From an uncultured Hyphomonas sp. (lineage in GTDB: Bacteria > Pseudomonadota > Alphaproteobacteria > Caulobacterales > Hyphomonadaceae): a stretch of 64,000 bases of DNA. The translations under genes were made by a program, and so were the position numbers. Below, piece by piece: positions 58,269-64,000 of the stretch; within the stretch, counting starts at the first letter, position 1; every line of letters begins with the position of its first letter. The stretch lies in NCBI RefSeq assembly GCF_963976075.1, contig NZ_CAXBJH010000001.1, one strand, 5' to 3'. The notes beneath the pieces are model-generated. The model was not told where the DNA came from. It saw only the letters and a program-made list of their open reading frames with translations, and searched no databases.

Positions 58269-58808
58269 ATGACACACCCACAGGATCGTGGGGCGCGTCG
58301 GCGCATCGATCGCCTGCGCCCGGACTCCCACCTTTCCCGCAGCCAGCGGATCGACCGCTATGGCGTTGAGAAGCAATGGAAATACCTTTATGGGCGGAGC
58401 GTGAAACTTCGCCGCGCACAACAGCTCGGCAAGCTGTGGCCCCGCCGCGAATGGGAGAAGCTGATGGCCGAGGCCGACCCGGTAAAGGTGCTGTTCGTCT
58501 GCTCGAAGAACCAGTGGCGCAGCCCCACCGGCGAGGCGATCTTTGCCGAAACCGACGGCGTCGCCACGCGCTCTGCCGGCACCGCCCGCAGCGCACGTCG
58601 GCAGGTCTCGCTGGAAGACATTCGCTGGGCCGACCTGATCCTCGTCATGGAGGACAAACATGCCGCGCGCCTGAAAGCCGATTTCCGTCAGGACCTCCGC
58701 TTCAAGCGCCTGCACGTGCTGGGCATCCCGGACGACTATCAATTCATGGCTGACGATCTGGTCACCCGGCTCCGCACGGCGGCAGAGCCCCTGATCTTCG
58801 GGGCGTAA
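58269..58808 (+). CDS. LMW protein-tyrosine-phosphatase-like protein (COG4551 type) with a 65-aa basic N-terminal extension
   Basis: VLFVCSKNQWRSPT (Cx5R), RSAGT, WAD.I.VME..H, L.IPDDY..M; internal ATG at 58464. Confidence 0.85.
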   Translation: MTHPQDRGARRRIDRLRPDSHLSRSQRIDRYGVEKQWKYLYGRSVKLRRAQQLGKLWPRREWEKLMAEADPVKVLFVCSKNQWRSPTGEAIFAETDGVATRSAGTARSARRQVSLEDIRWADLILVMEDKHAARLKADFRQDLRFKRLHVLGIPDDYQFMADDLVTRLRTAAEPLIFGA

Positions 58809-58822
58809 GGACACGGGGGACG

Positions 58823-59305
58823 TTACGGACCGCAGGTCCAGACGCCCTCATAGGCCTGCTGGCTGCCTTCAGGCCGTTGCACTTTCAGCGTGGCGGCCTG
58901 AACAACGCTCTCACTCATCTCTCCCGCGACCTCTTCGCCGGGCGTGACCGTGACGGTGACGTCATCGCCAGAAAAGATGCCGCCGGTTTTCTCAAGCGCG
59001 CCGAACCCACCCTGGCCGCGCCCGGCCAGTTTGCGTCCCATGCCCTCCAGCGTAATGGCAGCGCTGGCGCGTGCCGCGTCACCGACATTTGCGGCCGCCA
59101 TCAACAATACCGTGTTGTCGTCGCCGCGTTTGAAACTGCAACGCAGTTCCCCCTCCAGCTGGTTCACACTGTCCGCCGTCACCGCCTCCAGCTGGATATC
59201 CGGTTCATCGGCGGCAGGGTCCGGCGCTGCTTGCGGCGGGTCCGCGGGCGAACAGGCCGTGGCGAGGGCGAGCGACAGGGCGAAGGCGGCAGCAGGTTTC
59301 ATCAT
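58823..59305 (-). CDS. hypothetical lipoprotein
   Basis: LATA-C lipobox; ends G.WTCGP. Confidence 0.75.
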   Translation of the reverse strand: MMKPAAAFALSLALATACSPADPPQAAPDPAADEPDIQLEAVTADSVNQLEGELRCSFKRGDDNTVLLMAAANVGDAARASAAITLEGMGRKLAGRGQGGFGALEKTGGIFSGDDVTVTVTPGEEVAGEMSESVVQAATLKVQRPEGSQQAYEGVWTCGP

Positions 59306-59360
59306 CCCGATGAAACGCCCCGCGTCCGACCCGGTTCCCCGGCCCGATTGCCTGATCGGC

Positions 59361-60539
59361 TCAGACCATGCCCGCATCCGTCGGCAGGTCGAGCAGGAGC
59401 CGTCCGGTCAGCTCCCATGTCGCCGGCGCCGTCACGATATGCTGCGTCATCGCATGCGCATCGCGAAAGCGACGCTGCAGGTCAGAGGACTCAAACAGGG
59501 CCGCCCCGCCGCCAAGATCATACAGGGTACGGCAGATATCCGCCCCGGTCCGCGTCATGTGCGTACAGGCCATGCGCAGAGCCGCGCGCCGCTCCACCGG
59601 GATGCCCTCGCCCGGCTTCACGCGGTTCGCAATGGCCCAGGTCTCGTCCAGTTCGGCCAGGAGATAGGCTCGCGCCGCGCGCCAGCTCGCTTCGGCTTCG
59701 GCAAAATTCGCCTGAATGGTCTGGCGTTCCGCGAGCGTCTTCTTGCTGCCCTGGCTTTTCTTGGCTGAGGCCAGCTCCTTGAACGCATCAAGGCTTGCCC
59801 GCGCATTGCCCATCGCCACGGCCGAGACGCCCAGCGACAACAGGCCAAAGGCCGGGAAGGTGTAGAGCGGCCCGGTCTCGCGGGGAACATCCGTGATCAG
59901 AGAAACCGAGCGCGCGCGCGGCACAAGGATGTTCTCGACCGAAATGTCGCCGCTGCCCGTGCCCTTCAGGCCCATCACATGCCATGTGTCGTGGAGGGTC
60001 GCCTCGCTCGCCGGGAAGACCATCATGCGCTGGTCCGGCGCGCCGGAGGGCAGGCGCTTCAGCTCGCCATCCTCGAACACCATGCAGCCGCCCGCCAGCC
60101 AGCTGCAATTGGCGGAGCCGGAGCCCCATTGCCAGCGCCCAGAGACGCGATAGCCATCGCCCTCAATGTCGGCCCGCCCCATCGGCGCGAAGACGCCGCC
60201 GGTAATCGTCAGGGGCGCGCTGTATATCTCCGCCGCCACCTCCGGCGCCATATAGGCTGCATTCATCGACGTGGTGCAGGCAATCATCGAACACCAGCCG
60301 GCACTGGCATTGGCTTCTGCCACCTGCGCGACGCCCTCGACGAATTCCCGCGCCGTCAGCTCCAGCCCGCCATAGGCCTTGGGCGTCATCATGCGGAACG
60401 CGCCCGCCGCCGCCATCTTCCCGGCAAGGTCCGCCGGCAGCCGCCGCGCGTCTTCCATCTCCGCCGCCCGGTCGGCCAATTCCGGTGCCAGCGCGCCCAG
60501 CGCCGCCTGCAAGGTCTCGTAAGTCGTGATCTCAGTCAT
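59361..60539 (-). CDS. acyl-CoA-dehydrogenase-fold flavin hydroxylase (HsaA/IacA-like)
   Basis: E..RRLP, SAGWC, G.W.WGSG...C.W, W.V.GL.GTGS.D, LQRRFRD.H...QH. Confidence 0.88.
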   Translation of the reverse strand: MTEITTYETLQAALGALAPELADRAAEMEDARRLPADLAGKMAAAGAFRMMTPKAYGGLELTAREFVEGVAQVAEANASAGWCSMIACTTSMNAAYMAPEVAAEIYSAPLTITGGVFAPMGRADIEGDGYRVSGRWQWGSGSANCSWLAGGCMVFEDGELKRLPSGAPDQRMMVFPASEATLHDTWHVMGLKGTGSGDISVENILVPRARSVSLITDVPRETGPLYTFPAFGLLSLGVSAVAMGNARASLDAFKELASAKKSQGSKKTLAERQTIQANFAEAEASWRAARAYLLAELDETWAIANRVKPGEGIPVERRAALRMACTHMTRTGADICRTLYDLGGGAALFESSDLQRRFRDAHAMTQHIVTAPATWELTGRLLLDLPTDAGMV

Positions 60540-60688
60540 GGCTCACGCTACCCCAGCCCGCCTTCCCTTGCCCAGTCCTGACGTGGCGCGATGGAGGCCG
60601 GAAGGACGTGAGGCCCGTCCGGCGCCAGCAAACAGGCCACGCACGCGCCCCACTGGCTATTTCCGGATTCCACGCTTATATCCCCCTT

Positions 60689-61063
60689 AGACCAGACGGC
60701 CGGGCAGCCGCTGGTGCGCGGGTAACTGCGTACTGGAGGAAAGTCCGGGCTCCAGGGAAACAGGGCGACGGCTAACGGCCGCCCGGCGTGAGCCGAGGGA
60801 AAGTGCCACAGAAAGCAAACCGCCTCCCCTTCGGGAGAGGTAAGGGTGAAAGGGTGGGGTAAGAGCCCACCGCAGGCCTGGCGACAGGACTGGCACGGTA
60901 AACCCCGCCCGGAGCAAGACCGAATAGGGGGCACATATGGGCTGTTTCACGCCCGTGCCCCGGGTGTGTCGCGTGAGGTGCCTGGCAACAGGCATCCCAG
61001 AGGAATGGCTGCCAGACCGTGGCAACACGGCGAACAGAACCCGGCTTACAGGCCGTCTGGTCT
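60689..61063 (+). ncRNA. rnpB: RNase P RNA (type A)
   Basis: P1 AGACCAGACGGCC/GGCCGTCTGGTCT, GAGGAAAGTCCGGGCTCC, AGTGCCACAGAAA, ACAGAACCCGGCTTAC. Confidence 0.97.
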
Positions 61064-61169
61064 TACTTCCCGGTGCCGCTGCGCGTCATTATTTGATCGA
61101 GGATCAAACGCAGGGAAGTAAGGCCCGCAGCGCAAGCAAGGGCTTCGGCCCCCTGGAGCAGAGACCCGC

Positions 61170-62216
61170 TCAGTCCCCCGCCAGACAGAAATTCCCGCCC
61201 TGCATCCGGTCCCGGACAAAGTCCGACACCGCCCCGGCCTCCATCGCGCCCTCATAGGGCAGCGCCGCCCAGTATTGCTCGGCCTGCATCGCCTCGCCCG
61301 GCGCGAGCGTCTTGTAGGCTGCATGCGTTTCCATCTCGATCATGCTGGTGGCGGGATCCTCTGCCTTCTGAGTGAAATAGAGCTCCACCTGTCCCTGCTC
61401 CGGATGGATGGCATCTGCGGGCAACAGATCGAACATGATGACAAACACCTGGCCATCCCGGATCGCGGCCAGCCAGCCTTCGGAGGGATCCATGAAGGCT
61501 TTGCCCTGGCGCCCTGCGACCCCTTTTTCCAGGGAGGGATCGGCCAGCGCCATCCCGTCCGCGACCTGGATATCCGGCGCCTCGAACACGGTCAGGTCTA
61601 CCATGTCCAGCCGGATCGAGTCTTCGCCGGCCACCGGCACGGCAACCCAGGAATCCGACTCGATGCGCGTGTTGAACCAGATGTCCCACGCCACCGCCTC
61701 GTCCCGCGTGTTCACCGCCTCGGCGCTGACGCGCAGGCAGCCGGACGGCAACATGTCGTAGCGCTGGGTCATGGCCAGGCCGGTATAGGGGCTCGCTTTG
61801 CCCGAGAGGGTCAGACTGCCTGCCCCTGAATCTGCCTTCATGGCCTGCAGGGTGAGGTAGGGGTCCGGCGGCCACATCTCGCCTCGCATCTCTGGCAAGA
61901 GATCCTGATGAATCCACCACTCGCTTTGCGGCCCAACCCAGAAGGAGTGGCCGTAATAGGCCGCCGCCGACAGATCGGTGTCGAGTGCGGGCGCGGGCTG
62001 GCTGGCCGCCAGAGCCGCGTCGAACTTGATAAGATCGTCCTTGCCGACCAGGCCGAACCCAGTGACCCGTCCACCGAAAGAGGAGGTGATGGTGGCGGCG
62101 ACGCCCTTGGCTTCCAGCGTATGGGAGCTGGGTTCAGCCGCCTCTGGGAGCGCCTGCGTCGCACAGCCGGTCAGGGCCAGTGCGAGCACGCCCAATACGG
62201 TTTGCTTCATGGTCAT
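61170..62216 (-). CDS. DUF4380-like lipoprotein (galactose-mutarotase-type beta sandwich)
   Basis: LTG-C lipobox, GGRV..F, GH..W.GPQS.WW, WPPDP, QGQVELY, E.E.H..Y..L.PGE. Confidence 0.7.
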   Translation of the reverse strand: MTMKQTVLGVLALALTGCATQALPEAAEPSSHTLEAKGVAATITSSFGGRVTGFGLVGKDDLIKFDAALAASQPAPALDTDLSAAAYYGHSFWVGPQSEWWIHQDLLPEMRGEMWPPDPYLTLQAMKADSGAGSLTLSGKASPYTGLAMTQRYDMLPSGCLRVSAEAVNTRDEAVAWDIWFNTRIESDSWVAVPVAGEDSIRLDMVDLTVFEAPDIQVADGMALADPSLEKGVAGRQGKAFMDPSEGWLAAIRDGQVFVIMFDLLPADAIHPEQGQVELYFTQKAEDPATSMIEMETHAAYKTLAPGEAMQAEQYWAALPYEGAMEAGAVSDFVRDRMQGGNFCLAGD

Positions 62217-62364
62217 GCCTGGTACGCCTCCCGGATTGCAGGGACGGATGCCCTGCTGCCCGCCCGGTATAGCCGCGGCGCTGGCCGGTCACAATCTCAG
62301 GCGGCGTATCCCACAAGAAACCCGGCGCATCCTGCGGCCACGACTGATCCGACAGGAAACTTAT

Positions 62365-62392
62365 CCGACACCCCCAAAGGGGCGCGTATAAT
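62365..62392 (+). promoter_or_regulatory. sigma70 promoter giving a leaderless transcript
   Basis: CCGACA-N16-TATAAT (62387-62392), ATG 6 nt downstream. Confidence 0.6.
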
Positions 62393-62398
62393 GAGGGC

Positions 62399-62791
62399 AT
62401 GAATGACGCCTTCGCCACCTTGCGAAACCTGCCGCCGCATCTCCAACCCTACCGGGTCTGGATCTGGCTGCAGATCATGATGCTGACCTTCTATGTCCGC
62501 CATGTCCGGCGGGATGCACGGCAGATGCTGGTGCGTATCACGCCCACGGGCGAGGTCCATCTTGCCGCGATTGGCGATGTGCCGGGCGCAGCGGGCCATG
62601 ACCCGCTCGCCTTCACGCCGTCGCGCGCATTTCAGATGGCCATGTCGGGAATCGCTCCGGCAGCGGCCGGCATCCGCTCGCCCCGGATGCACCCGAGGCC
62701 TGGAATTGAACTTGTTGTCCCCTCAATTCCAGATTCCGGCCGAGGCCGGAATGAGCAGACTTCGGTGAGCTTGCCCCTGCCAGAGACGTGA
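62399..62791 (+). CDS. hypothetical protein (130 aa)
   Basis: Leaderless promoter geometry; hydrophobic WIWLQIMMLTFYV segment and Pro-rich tail. Confidence 0.55.
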   Translation: MNDAFATLRNLPPHLQPYRVWIWLQIMMLTFYVRHVRRDARQMLVRITPTGEVHLAAIGDVPGAAGHDPLAFTPSRAFQMAMSGIAPAAAGIRSPRMHPRPGIELVVPSIPDSGRGRNEQTSVSLPLPET

Positions 62792-62883
62792 ATAGAACTC
62801 GCGCCCCACAATTCGGTTCCCAAAAAAAGCGCCTTTTCCGGCGTCATTTGTGCTGCCGCATCAACAGGATGCCCCTGACAGCC

Positions 62884-63276
62884 CTATTTCGCTTTTCGCT
62901 TGAGAAATTTCAGCCCGGACCAGTCTTCATCAACCGCGCAGACCTTCACATCGACCCAGCCTGTGGGAAGGATCGCGTCACGCAAATCCTGCTCCGTCAG
63001 GTCGATATGGAGTTTTGAGGATTTCTTTGGCCACGACACCCACAGCATGCCGCCCTCGGCCACGTGTCCCAAGGCGTCCTGCAGGCCGCTCGCAAATGCG
63101 GCCCGGTCCGGACAGAACAGATGCACGTGGTCCGCAGGGCCGCCTGTCACGAAGTCGATCCCCGCGGCCCCTGCCACCAGGCTGGAATAATCCCTTGGCG
63201 GATTGACCGGCAGGCAGCGCATCCCGGGCTTGAGGCCGAGTTTCTGGTAGAGCGGTTTGCCGGAATATCCTGCCAC
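62884..63276 (-). CDS. DUF3052-family protein
   Basis: AGYSGKPL.QKLG.K, LWVSWPKK.S, G.VDVKVCAVD..WSGLK; GTG start. Confidence 0.9.
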   Translation of the reverse strand: MAGYSGKPLYQKLGLKPGMRCLPVNPPRDYSSLVAGAAGIDFVTGGPADHVHLFCPDRAAFASGLQDALGHVAEGGMLWVSWPKKSSKLHIDLTEQDLRDAILPTGWVDVKVCAVDEDWSGLKFLKRKAK

Positions 63277-63289
63277 CGCGCCCGCCTCG

Positions 63290-63952
63290 CTAGACCGCAC
63301 CAGCCTGCATTTCCTGGATGAAGGCATCGGCTTCGGCGATGGAACGCTCCATTTCCTCGATCAGCGCAGCCACATCGGTTTCGATATTGCGCGTCTCGTC
63401 GCCCAGTGCCGCAATCGCGCGGGCATTCAGATTATGCTTCAGGAACAGGACACGATCCTTGAACACGGTCAGAACCGGGTCCATCGACGCCGCGGCCCGG
63501 TCCATCTTCTCGACCAGCACGGCATAGCGGTCGCGCGTTGCTTCCAGCTGCTCGGCCGAGGCCCGGCGCAGGCCCGGATCGGAATATTCTTCCAGTTCCT
63601 TGCGCCACTCCACGAACAGGTCGCGGGAAACATGTTTCATGTCCTTGATACGCTCGCGCACGCGTTCGGCCTTGTCCTCGGACCGTTCATAGGCGCGGTT
63701 CAGCGTGTCATAGGAGGCTTCGAGTTCACCGCCATCAATCGCCACAACAGACCGGAAAGCATCCAGCGCGCTGGCAAATTCCGTCTTCGCATCCGCCTGC
63801 GCATCGGCCGCATCATTGACCCGGGACACCAGCAGATCGCGCTTCTGGTATCCGAACTGCTCCATCGCGCCATAATAGGCCGTCGAGCAGGCTGACAATG
63901 TGGAGGTGGCGAGAGCTGCTGCAAGCATTGCAGCGCGGATGCGACTGGACAT
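63290..63952 (-). CDS. DUF2959-family lipoprotein
   Basis: LSAC lipobox, YY.AME..G..KRD.LV.RV, VL.LKHNLNA.AI..L. Confidence 0.9.
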   Translation of the reverse strand: MSSRIRAAMLAAALATSTLSACSTAYYGAMEQFGYQKRDLLVSRVNDAADAQADAKTEFASALDAFRSVVAIDGGELEASYDTLNRAYERSEDKAERVRERIKDMKHVSRDLFVEWRKELEEYSDPGLRRASAEQLEATRDRYAVLVEKMDRAAASMDPVLTVFKDRVLFLKHNLNARAIAALGDETRNIETDVAALIEEMERSIAEADAFIQEMQAGAV

Positions 63953-64000
63953 GATGGACACGAAACCCCTTCCCCGTGAATTCAATCGCCCCTTCTTTGC

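Noticed and set aside
60548-61257. ORFs overlapping 60548-61257
   Set aside because: Explained by the RNase P RNA gene.

Overview
This is a GC-rich alphaproteobacterial chromosome segment. The ctrA/sciP locus and general gene style suggest Hyphomonadaceae (Hyphomonas-like); this is an inference. Most of the window is core genes: trxB, tRNA(CAT), a clpP paralog, recQ, queC/queD, recR, ctrA, sciP, proC, lgt, panD, metY, rpoD, dnaG, carA and rnpB, plus a TonB-dependent receptor, a GH3 glycosidase and an S9 peptidase. Five things stand out. (1) Between sciP and ctrA lies a reduced flagellar-base operon: a 227-aa mini-FliF that appears to keep only a collar-less RBM3 ring, a FliG with intact torque charges, a truncated FlbE/FliH, FliN, an FlhF with a degenerate P-loop and an intact FlhG, with no flbD or flhA at the locus. 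(2) At the window start, a GIY-YIG nuclease cassette is bracketed by two 92-bp REP-doublet direct repeats, inside a block carrying further nested REP families. (3) An orphan lipoprotein gene is inserted at the recQ 3' end, flanked by a 66-bp duplication of that end. (4) A putative PD-(D/E)XK nuclease follows rpoD. (5) Several regulatory signals are readable from sequence: EcfG-type promoters, three TTAA-N6-TTAA boxes, a NadQ-like box at panD, and a TetR operator facing a structured non-coding region. All family assignments come from motif recognition by eye; no database searches were run.
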